DNA of 32,000 nucleotides from Candidatus Nitrosopumilus koreensis AR1 (GCF_000299365.1 NC_018655.1:930001-962000), one strand, 5' to 3'; numbered from the stretch's first letter, positions 9,626-23,449 are shown. Notes: generated from the letters alone by a model not told the origin. Numbers and translations: made by a program.

Positions 9626-10054
9626 CTAGTTGTGTTTTGTGGTGAATGCTGAAATCCAAGATTGAAGAATGTTTCTATTTAATTCAGCAAATGATTTTGC
9701 ATTGTCATTAAAGGTCTTGATGTTTTGTTGTGTAGCATCAATTGTTGCAAGTGTAACTTGGTTTTGAATTGATGTTGCCTTTACGACTTCTTCAGTAGTA
9801 TCTTGCATTACTTTGATTGTAGCTTCAGGAATGTTTGCTGCAATACCTGCTTTCTTTGCATATTCTTTTTGTAATGATAGTGTTGAATCTGCAATATTCT
9901 CATAGGCTTGTAGGAATTCCTGTTGTACGTTTGTAATTGCTTGATGATATTGTGGTACTGATGTTCTAATACCGTTGAAGAATTTATCTACGTTTTGCTG
10001 ATATACAGAAAATAGATCTTTTGGATTTGATTGTGTCTGTTCGTTCTTACTCAA
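9626..10054 (-). CDS. Phasin-like protein
   Basis: Helical Gln/Asn/Thr-rich 142 aa (FFNGIRTSVPQYHQAITNVQQEFLQAYENIADSTLSLQKEYAKKAG) next to phaC. Confidence 0.65.
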   Translation of the reverse strand: MSKNEQTQSNPKDLFSVYQQNVDKFFNGIRTSVPQYHQAITNVQQEFLQAYENIADSTLSLQKEYAKKAGIAANIPEATIKVMQDTTEEVVKATSIQNQVTLATIDATQQNIKTFNDNAKSFAELNRNILQSWISAFTTKHN

Positions 10055-10476
10055 TTTTTCACCTCCCTAGCTTTTGATTTTTTTGCTATTGGAAGAACAA
10101 TGACTTGAACCAAGTCACCTTCGCCTAATCCTAGGGCATTACGTTCTGCCTCTGGGATCGAAATTCTACCATTACTACTAATGGTGGTTTTGTATGCACC
10201 CCAATTCATAAAAGATGGAAGCATTTGTCCAATGCTAAACATTGTGTCCATGCTTTTGTTTTGCATAGATGACATATTGTCCATCAAATTTGATTGGGCC
10301 TGCCTAGTATTTTCAGAAACTTCTTTGAGTGTATCTAAGGGATTGAATGTTTTGTTAGTTTGGTTAGTCATTAAAGCACCAAAATTTTTTATGAACTCTG
10401 CTTGTGCACGTCCACTTTTTTGGATCCAGTCTTTGAACATTTCTGTAGGATCATATTGGTTTGTATTACCATTCAT
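10051..10476 (-). CDS. Phasin-like N-terminus fused to AbrB/SpoVT-type domain
   Basis: Helical N-terminus (NTRQAQSNLMDNMSSMQNKSMDTMFS) followed by YKTTISSNGRISIPEAERNALGLGEGDLVQVIVLP, a swapped-hairpin AbrB-like signature; 4 bp overlap with next gene. Confidence 0.7.
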   Translation of the reverse strand: MNGNTNQYDPTEMFKDWIQKSGRAQAEFIKNFGALMTNQTNKTFNPLDTLKEVSENTRQAQSNLMDNMSSMQNKSMDTMFSIGQMLPSFMNWGAYKTTISSNGRISIPEAERNALGLGEGDLVQVIVLPIAKKSKAREVKN

Positions 10477-10512
10477 TGGTAATTATAGGAATTAAGTGGT
10501 ATTTAAGTGCAC

Positions 10513-11325
10513 CTAATTAACTCCTAAAAAATCCAGGACCTTTTCAGAAAAAACAAGTGGATCTTGAACATATGGAGTATGGCCACACCCATCCATTCTG
10601 ACAAAACGACAGTCCTTAAGAGATGAAATAAAATCATCAGCATATTGAATTGGGATCACAGGATCATCACTGCCCCAAATCAACATGGTTTGAGTCATGA
10701 TAGAAGATAGTTTTTTTGTTATAACTTCGGAATTTTTTAAACCAAGAATAGTAGACATGAATGCAAGTTTTGCATTGGGCAATTGCATTCTTTTGATAAA
10801 ACCATCAACAATTTTTTGATCTACACTTTCACCAGATCCTTCCATCATTTCAAATGCATTTTTTGCATTTTGTTCATTAGGATACAATGCAGCCATGATA
10901 TAGGCATCAAGTGCAGGAGTTGATTGTTTCATCACCCCAGAAGGAGATACCAAGATGAGTTTATCAACATCATTTGGGTGAGATGCAGTGAATTCAGCAG
11001 AAATTTGGCCACCTAAAGAAGAACCTATCAAATAAGGACATTTGATGTTTGCAGACAAAAAGAATTGTTCAAGAAAATTCGAAAAAAAGTCTATAGTATA
11101 ATCAGCAAGGGGTTTATCGCTATATCCAAAGCCAATTAGATCAGGAATTACTACACGAAATTTTTCTGCAAAAATAGGCATTACCCGTTCCCATCTTTCA
11201 GCAGAGGCCCCCAAACCATGAATAAGAACTAAAGTTTTTTTAGAATTTCCAGATTCCAAATAACGAATCTTATTGCCATCAATTTGAAGAAATTTTTCAT
11301 TCACGATTTTAGCTTCAATTATCAT
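10513..11325 (-). CDS. Alpha/beta hydrolase
   Basis: HGLGASAERW, GSSLGG nucleophile elbow, GSDDPVIP, GCGHTPYVQDP; track start is 11358 but Met at about 11325 (MIIEAKIV) is plausible. Confidence 0.85.
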   Translation of the reverse strand: MIIEAKIVNEKFLQIDGNKIRYLESGNSKKTLVLIHGLGASAERWERVMPIFAEKFRVVIPDLIGFGYSDKPLADYTIDFFSNFLEQFFLSANIKCPYLIGSSLGGQISAEFTASHPNDVDKLILVSPSGVMKQSTPALDAYIMAALYPNEQNAKNAFEMMEGSGESVDQKIVDGFIKRMQLPNAKLAFMSTILGLKNSEVITKKLSSIMTQTMLIWGSDDPVIPIQYADDFISSLKDCRFVRMDGCGHTPYVQDPLVFSEKVLDFLGVN

Positions 11326-11434
11326 CAGTAGATAAGTTTTAGTTAATTTTGCGATCATCGAGATTCATAGTTTAGAAAAATGTGTAATGCAATACAGCAA
11401 GTATGTTTTTTAGGATCAAAAGTATCAAGAATGT

Positions 11435-11866
11435 GTGATAAAGAAGAAAATCTCAAAAATCCTTGTGCCGCTTGATGGATCAAAGAATTCCCAAAGAGGT
11501 TTAGAAATGGCTATCACGTTAGCTAGGGAGTGTGAAGCTATAATCACAGGAGTATTCTCAATAAATGTACCATCGCATTCAGAATTCAGAGGTGTAGGAT
11601 CTGTGGAAAAATCGTTCAATGAAGAAGTAAAAAAAATCATGGAAGAGGCAAAGACATTATCGGCCAAAAATGGCATTGTGTTCAAAGAGAGATTAATGAA
11701 AGGAGATCCTGGATACAATATCATAAAACTCGCACAAGGTAATGAAAAATTTGACATGATAGTAATAGGATCAAGAGGAAGGAGTTCTACAAAAGAACTA
11801 TTCTTTGGAAGCGTATCAAATTACGTCATACATGCAGCAAAGATTCCAGTTGTTGTCGTAAAATAA
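11435..11866 (+). CDS. Universal stress protein (UspA family)
   Basis: ILVPLDGSKNSQRGLEMAITLA and IVIGSRGRSSTKELFFGSVSNYVIHAAKIPVVVV; 5' start uncertain. Confidence 0.93.
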   Translation: MIKKKISKILVPLDGSKNSQRGLEMAITLARECEAIITGVFSINVPSHSEFRGVGSVEKSFNEEVKKIMEEAKTLSAKNGIVFKERLMKGDPGYNIIKLAQGNEKFDMIVIGSRGRSSTKELFFGSVSNYVIHAAKIPVVVVK

Positions 11867-11867
11867 T

Positions 11868-12320
11868 TTAAAATCCGTTCTTTTTGAAATACTTTTGATG
11901 GTATTCTTCTGCTTTGTAAAATGTAGGGGCAGGAGTAATTTCAGTAACTATTGGCAAGTCATATTTTCCAGAAGAATCTAGTTGTTGTTTTGATTTTTCT
12001 GCAATTATTTTTTGTTCTTCATCATGATAAAAAATTGCAGAGCGGTATTGTATTCCAACATCAGGACCTTGACGATTCAAAGTTGTAGGATTGTGATTTT
12101 TCCAAAAAACATCTAATAATTCTTCATATGAAATTTCATTAGGATCATATTCAACTTCAACTGCTTCAGCATGACCTGTTCTGTCAGTACATACTTCTTC
12201 ATAAGTAGGATTTGGCAAGTTACCTCCAATATAGCCAACTTGTGTAGATTTTACACCCTTTGTTTTGCTAAGCAAATCTTCAACATGCCAAAAACATCCT
12301 GCACCAAATGTTGCTTTCAA
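11868..12320 (-). CDS. msrA: Peptide methionine sulfoxide reductase MsrA
   Basis: [60 protein letters not shown]. Confidence 0.95.
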   Translation of the reverse strand: MKATFGAGCFWHVEDLLSKTKGVKSTQVGYIGGNLPNPTYEEVCTDRTGHAEAVEVEYDPNEISYEELLDVFWKNHNPTTLNRQGPDVGIQYRSAIFYHDEEQKIIAEKSKQQLDSSGKYDLPIVTEITPAPTFYKAEEYHQKYFKKNGF

Positions 12321-12380
12321 TTCAAATAGAATTATCAGTCATCAAATTAAAACCATTTGTTAGAAAATATCTAGAACAAA

Positions 12381-12779
12381 TTAATTTACATCAGTGAAAA
12401 TCTCAACCACTTTTTTTGCCAAGTTCTCAATATTAGCAGTAGGTTCAGCAGAAATTAACAATAAGATTTGTGTAATAGGAAAAGGGAAACTAACTAAAAC
12501 TGCCTTATCTCGTCTTGCTGCAAGATAATTGATAGGCCCCAAACTTTCATCATATTCTTTTCTGATGGATGCCTTTGATACAAATTCTAAGAATGACTGC
12601 AATCGTGTTTCATCACCTTCATGAGGGATTAATCCTTCTTTGAAACCTCCAGATATCAATTGGCCGTCTTTATCAACAATTCCTGCAAAGCGGATCTCAG
12701 ATTCTTCAAGTAGTTTGCTGCATTTTTCACCATATAGTTTCAAAGCACCTTCAGAATTAGACATGATAAAATCATTCAA
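12381..12779 (-). CDS. Conserved hypothetical protein; paralogue of 7511..7903
   Basis: IVDKDGQLISGGFKEGL...KAVLVSFPFPITQILLLIS parallels the 7511..7903 product. Confidence 0.65.
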   Translation of the reverse strand: MNDFIMSNSEGALKLYGEKCSKLLEESEIRFAGIVDKDGQLISGGFKEGLIPHEGDETRLQSFLEFVSKASIRKEYDESLGPINYLAARRDKAVLVSFPFPITQILLLISAEPTANIENLAKKVVEIFTDVN

Positions 12780-12839
12780 GATATCAAAAATAAAAACCTA
12801 GTCAATTTTACGTTTGGAAGATATTCCAAATTGGTCACA

Positions 12840-13987
12840 ATGTTTAACGAATTTGTACATGGAATTAATAAGCAAAAACCAAAATTAACAGTATTGAAAA
12901 TCACAGTAATCCTAGTTATATCTATTTTAATGATAGGGAGTTTTAATGTTCAAAGTATTTTTGCACATCAGCCAGATTTTTCGGTAAAAACGCCTGAAGA
13001 TATTTTGAAGTTTTGTGAATTTTTTCACCAAGAATACAAAACGTTAGGATTGGATTCGCTTATTGATCAACATTCCCAATATCCAAACATCAGAGTATGT
13101 GCAATTTTGTATAATCATATTGCATGGGATAGTACGCATAAAGCAAGAGATATTGTGTTAATTGCAGAAATTGGAAAATACCTAGGAGATTCTAGTTTTC
13201 TTAAAGAAAGGCATATCAAAGAATTTACTACAATGCCACCTTGGATAATAGCAGACATAGTACGATGGACAGATGGAAAATACAAAGATAGTCTATATGC
13301 ATATGGAGTCAGAGCATTAATTGAGAATAATGTAATATCTCCAAAGATTACAGACAATGTTAGTCAAAGATTATGCATTGATGGTTCATGTATAAAAGAA
13401 ACAGATTATGTGACTTACTCACACACTAGCAAATACGGAAATACGATCACAGAAAAATTTGAAGTTAAAAAAATTGATCAAAATGGAATTACAGTTAATT
13501 CAAAAATAGTTTCAGAAGATGGAATAAAAAATTACGAATTTTTACTTGATGAGAATTCAAAGATACCAAATGAGCAAAAATGTTGTAAAACAGAAAAATT
13601 TCTTTATAAAATACCCATAGAAACAGGACAAGTTATCGATGAAAAATACACAGTTTATGGAACTGTAAACCTCACAATAGGTAATATTTTGAGAGAAGGT
13701 GCAGTTGCAGAAAATAAAGATAAAACTGAGATGGTGGTAATTGACAAAAAACAGGCCTATTATTATCAGAAAAATTTGAAAAAACAGAAATTACAACAAA
13801 CTGGGAAAAGACATCAATACTACAGACAAATGTATTTGAAAAGTCAAACGGGATACAATATCATGATTTGAAAATTCCTTTATGGTGGAAAACAAGTGCC
13901 ATGTGGTTTACAGATGGATTAACTTCAGAAGATGAATACATTAAAGCTCTAGAGTACATGATAGAAAAAAGAATCATCATCGTGTAG
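12840..13987 (+). CDS. Secreted/anchored hypothetical protein with C-terminal W..W repeat, apparently frameshifted at A6 (13746-13751)
   Basis: Track ORF 12831..13871 (TTG start; ATG at 12840). Adding one A gives ...VVIDKKTGLLLSEKFEKTEITTNWEKTSILQTNVFEKSNGIQYHDLKIPLWWKTSAMWFTDGLTSEDEYIKALEYMIEKRIIIV* ending at 13987. Confidence 0.7.
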
Positions 13988-14831
13988 TTTTTGGAGTACA
14001 TTTTAGAATAACATAATCAATTATTCTTTTCTCAGATGCGCTTTTCATTTTAACAATTGATTTGTATAAAATATTTTCAACATAATTTGGATATTCTTTT
14101 AAGATAGATTTTTTCAAGTGTTCTCTATTTTTAAGATAATAATCTGCAAGAGGTTCATATACAAATTTACCAATTAGTTGTTCGTTTTTAATTACAAATT
14201 CACAGGAATCCAATATCTCTCGTACAGCGTCTAATGAATAATGTTCTGAAGACCAAGTAAATTTCAACATGCCTAAATCTTTGAGAGAAGAATTTCCCAA
14301 AGTTACAGGAATTGCCATCACGAGTAATCCAGAATCCAACAGGATTCTTTTTGACTCAACAATAAAATCAGAAAGAGGTTTGAAGTGTTGTGCAGACTCT
14401 AATGCCAAAACACGATCTACAGAATTGTTTACAAATGGAAGTTTTGTAGATGTAGAGTTTAAAAATTCAATTTTTTGTTTCTTTCCAGAGTACAGTTGAG
14501 AATAGTTAATGTTTACATCATACAAAAAAATATTTGGAAATTTTTGTTGCCAGAGATGAGAAGGAGCAGACAACCCACTTCCTACATCAACAACATGTTT
14601 TGCAGATGAAAGTTCAGCAAGATCTGCAAAAACCATACAGAGATTTTCCTGAGCAGAGAGTGGATCACAGTTATTTGATGACCAATATCCAAAATTTAGC
14701 ATAGAGCCGCCAGTTGCAAGTTGCATTACAGGTGATAATACATTGTAAAGATTTACAGTATCCTTTTCATTTCTACGAAAAGTCCACAAAAATACATCCA
14801 AAGGATTTATCGATACCAAAAATAAATTCAA
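13977..14831 (-). CDS. SAM-dependent methyltransferase
   Basis: VVDVGSGLSAPSHLW motif I, LPFVNNSVDRVLALESAQHF, ESKRILLDSGLLVMA. Confidence 0.83.
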   Translation of the reverse strand: MNLFLVSINPLDVFLWTFRRNEKDTVNLYNVLSPVMQLATGGSMLNFGYWSSNNCDPLSAQENLCMVFADLAELSSAKHVVDVGSGLSAPSHLWQQKFPNIFLYDVNINYSQLYSGKKQKIEFLNSTSTKLPFVNNSVDRVLALESAQHFKPLSDFIVESKRILLDSGLLVMAIPVTLGNSSLKDLGMLKFTWSSEHYSLDAVREILDSCEFVIKNEQLIGKFVYEPLADYYLKNREHLKKSILKEYPNYVENILYKSIVKMKSASEKRIIDYVILKCTPKTTR

Positions 14832-14859
14832 AATTAATTGAATTGAGTCATATTAATTT

Positions 14860-14991
14860 CTAGGGTAATCCATCAGAATCTTCAGCACAGTGTTTATGCA
14901 CCCATTTGTCATCTTGATTTTTTGAGATCTCTTTTCCTGGTTGGATTTTGTCACCACAAGAGACGCAAGATGTTGCAAATTTTGCTTTCAT
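14860..14991 (-). CDS. 43 aa Cys/His microprotein (probable zinc binding), absent from the ORF track
   Basis: MKAKFATSCVSCGDKIQPGKEISKNQDDKWVHKHCAEDSDGLP*; C-X2-C ... H-X-H-C arrangement. Confidence 0.6.
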   Translation of the reverse strand: MKAKFATSCVSCGDKIQPGKEISKNQDDKWVHKHCAEDSDGLP

Positions 14992-15100
14992 GTTTTTAGA
15001 TATATTATAACAGATAAATCAAATGCGTTGTAAATTGTGTTAACTAGTGATTAACATGTTTTATAAATTTGGATTATTAGTTAGATACTAGGTATCAGAA

Positions 15101-15565
15101 ATGTCATCAGAGATTATTCTTGCAAAATGGTCAGACAGATTCTTTGCATGGTTGATTGATTTTATCATAATATCATCCATTTCAACTGCGACAATCTTTG
15201 CAGTTTTTGGAAATATAGATTATGAATTTGAAGAAGAGATGTTTTGGGCAGAAAACACACAATACATTCCAACAAGCATCATATTTTTTGTTTATTGGAC
15301 AGTTTTAGAATACAAAACAGGCCAAACAATTGGCAAGAAAATCCTCAATCTAAAAAGCACAGACATAGATGGTAAAACTCCAAGTTTGAAAGGTGTTTTG
15401 ATCAGTAGTTTTGGAAAATCATTTTTGCTTCCATTTGATGTTGTTTTGGGATGGATTTTGACTAATCAGAAAAGACAAAGAATATTCAATAAACTAGGGG
15501 ACACTTTGGTTGTAAAAATCAAAGAGTCTCAAGATGCGTCAGACATCACATATCAAAAGGATTAG
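15101..15565 (+). CDS. RDD family membrane protein
   Basis: WSDRFFAWLIDFIIIS ... YWTVLEYKTGQTIGKKILNLKSTDIDG ... RIFNKLGDTLVV. Confidence 0.88.
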   Translation: MSSEIILAKWSDRFFAWLIDFIIISSISTATIFAVFGNIDYEFEEEMFWAENTQYIPTSIIFFVYWTVLEYKTGQTIGKKILNLKSTDIDGKTPSLKGVLISSFGKSFLLPFDVVLGWILTNQKRQRIFNKLGDTLVVKIKESQDASDITYQKD

Positions 15566-15580
15566 TGTTGTCAGATTTTC

Positions 15581-15718
15581 TTGAATTGTTACCATGAAGA
15601 GTTAACCGACAGATCTATTAACAACCTTCGATCTGTTCTCTTGATGTCAGATAACCAAAAAGAATGGTGGATTGGATTACCAAGAGAACTTCAAACAGAT
15701 ATTGAGTTTGAAGAATAA
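15581..15718 (+). CDS. Possible 45 aa microprotein with TTG start (ATG at 15644 alternative)
   Basis: TTG-initiated frame MNCYHEELTDRSINNLRSVLLMSDNQKEWWIGLPRELQTDIEFEE*; length below track threshold. Confidence 0.3.
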   Translation: MNCYHEELTDRSINNLRSVLLMSDNQKEWWIGLPRELQTDIEFEE

Positions 15719-15870
15719 ATTCTCATCATATCTTAAAAAACCTAGTTTACACTAAGTAATTTCAAATCACAAAAAATTGTATAGCTTTCGCTAGGTGTGA
15801 TTAAAAATGAAATCATCGTACAAGTCGTGTATATTTCAATGAGGATTTGATTGCAAGATCAATATCTGAA

Positions 15871-15893
15871 ATGTGAAGATTATGTGCATCCGT
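15871..15893 (+). promoter_or_regulatory. 5' arm of 16S rRNA processing stem
   Basis: atgtgaagattatgtgcatccgt is complementary to 17438-17459 acggatgcactaatcttcacat apart from one bulged base. Confidence 0.8.
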
Positions 15894-15950
15894 CAATTCC
15901 AATTAAAGTACAAATGTACTTCAATAATCAAAATACAAAAAATAAATCAG

Positions 15951-17421
<1,471 letters not shown>

Positions 17422-17437
17422 TAGATAAGGAAAGTGT

Positions 17438-17459
17438 ACGGATGCACTAATCTTCACAT
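17438..17459 (+). promoter_or_regulatory. 3' arm of 16S rRNA processing stem, in the 16S-23S spacer
   Basis: Complement of 15871-15893. Confidence 0.8.
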
Positions 17460-17530
17460 CAAATCATCGATGCAATGCATCACGAAAGTGGTGTATGAAG
17501 GATGTAGCGGGTCCCTGCCAGGGGACTTGC

Positions 17531-17569
17531 AATGATCGTCGTGCATAGTCGTGTAATATGTGGCTGAAT

Positions 17570-17578
<9 letters not shown>
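17531..17578 (+). promoter_or_regulatory. 5' arm of 23S processing/terminal stem
   Basis: gatcgtcgtgcatagtc...tggctgaa is largely complementary to 20555-20592. Confidence 0.75.
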
Positions 17579-20554
<2,976 letters not shown>

Positions 20555-20563
<9 letters not shown>

Positions 20564-20592
20564 TTACATAGAGACTATGCGCGATGATCATT
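20555..20592 (+). promoter_or_regulatory. 3' arm of 23S processing/terminal stem
   Basis: ttcagccacttacatagagactatgcgcgatgatcatt pairs with 17531-17578. Confidence 0.75.
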
Positions 20593-20830
20593 TTTGTATG
20601 CGTAACTGGAGGCCCATGAATCACAAAATGGCATAATACCATACTTCATCACAAGCGCCGCCTATTGCGTTACGTATGCAAAAGGTGAACAGCCCAGAAT
20701 CCATATAAACCATGCGTAAAATTATGCCTGATCGTACCTATTTCTTGTAAAAATTACAATTTGTTTTAGGCATGGTAGTGCGTAAAAAAAGGAATTTCAA
20801 CAGTTAAAATGTCAGATTGATTTTTGCAAT

Positions 20831-22132
20831 TTGGTTTTGGATTACATCAAAGAGTACAAAAAAAATACTCCAACTTCAGCTAAGCTGTTTGCAAAATCTG
20901 CAAAGTTACACATCAATGGTGTTTCTCACAACATAAGATTTTATGAACCATATCCATTTGTTGTGAAAGAATCTTCTGGAAAAAATTTGATAGATGTTGA
21001 TTCTAACAAGTATACTGATTACTGGATGGGGCACTGGAGTCTGATTCTAGGACATGGCCCAAAGAATGTGAAAAGGAATCTGCAAAAGCAGATTGAGAAA
21101 TCTTGGATGTATGGGACAGTAAATGAGCAGACCATCTTACTATCTGAATTAATTGCAAAAGCAGTCCCAGTAGCTGAGAAGATTCGCTATGTCACATCAG
21201 GGACTGAAGCTACAATGTATGCAGTAAGACTTGCCCGTTCTGTAACTGGGAAAAAAGTAATTGCAAAGATTGACGGAGGATGGCACGGATACACATCAGA
21301 CTTGCTAAAGTCAGTAAACTGGCCATTTTCAGAATCTGAAAGTTCAGGGGTAATTAATGAAGAGCAGATTGTTTCAATTCCATACAATGATTTGGAAAAA
21401 TCACTTTCTATTTTGAAAAAATATTCCAAAGATTTAGCTGGAGTGATTATTGAGCCAGTGTTGGGTGGCGGAGGATGCATTCCAGCAGAATATGATTACC
21501 TCAAAGGAATTCAAGAATTTTGCAAGAAGAATAATTCGTTGTTTATACTAGATGAGATTGTAACTGGATTTAGGTTTCGCTATGGTTGCTTGTATCCTAC
21601 AATGAAATTGGATCCTGACATTGTTACTTTGGGAAAGATTGTCGGAGGAGGAATGGCAATTGGTGTAATGTGTGGCAAAAAAGAAATCATGGAGTATGCA
21701 GATACTACTGGAAAAAAGAAATCAGAGAGAAGCTATGTTGGGGGCGGAACGTTTTCAGCAAATCCTGCATCAATGGTTGCAGGACATTCCACATTAACTG
21801 TGCTCAAAGGCAAAAAATCAGTCTATTCTAAAATTGACTCCTTGGGAGAGTATGCTAGAAAAGAACTAACCAAGGCATTTGATGGCAATGTAATAGTTAC
21901 TGGCAAAGGTTCATTGTTTATGACTCATTTTGTAAGAGACAGAATTACTCAGATTAGAAATTCTGCAGATGCGGCCAAATGCGATGGTGCTGCACTAGCA
22001 CAATATCATTTCAAAATGATTGCCCATGATGGAATATTTTTCCTGCCAGGAAAGCTTGGTGCAATATCAGAGGCACATTCTAAAGAAGATATTAAAAAGA
22101 TGATCAAAGCATCTGAAGATTTTATTTGTTAG
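20831..22132 (+). CDS. Class III aminotransferase, glutamate-1-semialdehyde 2,1-aminomutase-like
   Basis: [29 protein letters not shown]-lysine region [14 protein letters not shown]; TTG start. Confidence 0.85.
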   Translation: MVLDYIKEYKKNTPTSAKLFAKSAKLHINGVSHNIRFYEPYPFVVKESSGKNLIDVDSNKYTDYWMGHWSLILGHGPKNVKRNLQKQIEKSWMYGTVNEQTILLSELIAKAVPVAEKIRYVTSGTEATMYAVRLARSVTGKKVIAKIDGGWHGYTSDLLKSVNWPFSESESSGVINEEQIVSIPYNDLEKSLSILKKYSKDLAGVIIEPVLGGGGCIPAEYDYLKGIQEFCKKNNSLFILDEIVTGFRFRYGCLYPTMKLDPDIVTLGKIVGGGMAIGVMCGKKEIMEYADTTGKKKSERSYVGGGTFSANPASMVAGHSTLTVLKGKKSVYSKIDSLGEYARKELTKAFDGNVIVTGKGSLFMTHFVRDRITQIRNSADAAKCDGAALAQYHFKMIAHDGIFFLPGKLGAISEAHSKEDIKKMIKASEDFIC

Positions 22133-22486
22133 AATCGTTTGGAAAGAATTCAGATTTCCAAGATTTTAGTTTGCTGAAAATTTCCAGGTATTCGGATGAT
22201 TTCACAGTAATGTGAATATGAGCATACAATTCTCCAAACTGAGACTCAAAAATCATTCTGCATTCATCTTTGAAAAATGGAACAGATATTCCAATCTTTA
22301 TGAGATTGGAAAATGTAAAATCTTCAATTTGTACAAGTTTTTCATTAACGGTAATTTTTTTGGTTCAGGATTTTTGTTAATAGTATCATCTAGTTTCTTT
22401 TTTGTTTCATCATTCCAGAGAGGCGTGTCATGAGGCCATCTGTGAACAAAGACCTTTTCAGCCAAAAATGAAATATCAGACAACAT
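22122..22486 (-). CDS. Hypothetical protein (about 121 aa), apparently frameshifted at T7 (22355-22361)
   Basis: ORF 22298..22486 (-) continues in another frame when one base is added: [44 protein letters not shown]|[77 protein letters not shown]. Confidence 0.6.
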
Positions 22487-22735
22487 TTCATGTTGATTTT
22501 AAATCAAATTAAGCGTATCCTATAGTCTACCACCCGTTTGCGGTTTCAAAGATTAGTTTCTTGTTACCATTACGCGTATCTCAAATTAAAACTTGTATTT
22601 CGGTACGAACCGCAATCGTTCCGTCATCATATCATTTCAAATCAGCGGGTTTGAATCTGTTAGGGTTTGAATTTAATCGGGTTCCAGTATAATCAAAATC
22701 GTCAGCAGATACAAAAAATAAGAAAACACTTTCAG

Positions 22736-23035
22736 TTATTTGGATAAAACTGAAAGTATAGGCATTGCGTCCCACTGATACATATGATGCACTAGAACAT
22801 TTTCACATGCATCAGAGTAGTCTTGGTAGAATTTTTTTGCGTCTTGTTCTGTTGCTTCAAAAACTGCCATACCACTTGGTTGGCCACTAAAAGAGCCAGA
22901 CCACATGGTTCCCTTTGAGGATTGCCACTCATCAACTAGTGATATGATGTTTGGTCGAATCCTTTCGATATCTTGTTCTGAAGCATCATCTCCAATAGAG
23001 CTGACTATTACCCATGGTTTTAGTTGATCAGACAT
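22736..23035 (-). CDS. Conserved hypothetical protein
   Basis: 99 aa well-formed ORF (MSDQLKPWVIVSSIGDDASEQDIERIRPNIISLVDEWQSS...). Confidence 0.65.
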   Translation of the reverse strand: MSDQLKPWVIVSSIGDDASEQDIERIRPNIISLVDEWQSSKGTMWSGSFSGQPSGMAVFEATEQDAKKFYQDYSDACENVLVHHMYQWDAMPILSVLSK

Positions 23036-23123
23036 GACATGTTAGAGATAAATTAGAAATTAAAGATAAGGATGATTGTAATAAGATAATACAATTTCCT
23101 ATCTCAAAAACTTAGAACAGGAA

Positions 23124-23147
23124 AATAAAATCATCGATGATTTTATT
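23124..23147. repeat. Perfect 24-bp palindrome
   Basis: aataaaatcatcgatgattttatt equals its own reverse complement. Confidence 0.9.
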
Positions 23148-23226
23148 ACAATTATCTTGTATCAAAATATGTTCGAGCCATGTATCTTACCATGACACTT
23201 TTTTGCAAGCAAGGTTTTGAACCAAG

Positions 23227-23307
23227 GAAGGCATTAACACAATTCAAGGTTCACCTACATGGAAGTTGCTATTGGCATAACTTCGAATAAACTGTGTTAA
23301 TGCTTTC
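23227..23307. repeat. Inverted repeat / potential hairpin, 15-bp arms, 51-nt loop with inner stem
   Basis: gaaggcattaacaca (23227-23241) versus tgtgttaatgctttc (23293-23307), one wobble; inner gaagtt/aacttc. Confidence 0.6.
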
Positions 23308-23449
23308 TTTGATAAAATTATATTCTATTTCAAAATTATATTCTAACTTTGTAGAGTATTTGGTTTTCTAGATCTTGAAAGTTTGACAAGTATCGGGTGG
23401 TAAAAATAACACTATTAATCATTTTTGTACAATAAAAAAGAAAAAGAGA

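Noticed and set aside
13746-13751. Programmed -1 ribosomal frameshift at C AAA AAA C
   Set aside because: It does not match the canonical X XXY YYZ heptamer well and other homopolymer breaks occur nearby, so a sequence error is the simpler explanation until read data are checked.
17422-17569. Possible tRNA in the 16S-23S spacer
   Set aside because: No cloverleaf, T-arm (GTTC-A-A) or anticodon arm recognisable; the spacer is accounted for mainly by processing stems.
22212-22433. Plus-strand 73 aa ORF ([14 protein letters not shown]...)
   Set aside because: The opposite strand gives a better 121 aa protein after a one-base correction at T7; the plus frame is Phe/Ser-rich antisense-like.
22538-22615. 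8-bp inverted repeat ttgcggtt / aaccgcaa in the spacer
   Set aside because: Short arms with a long loop; could easily be chance in a spacer, insufficient to call an ncRNA.
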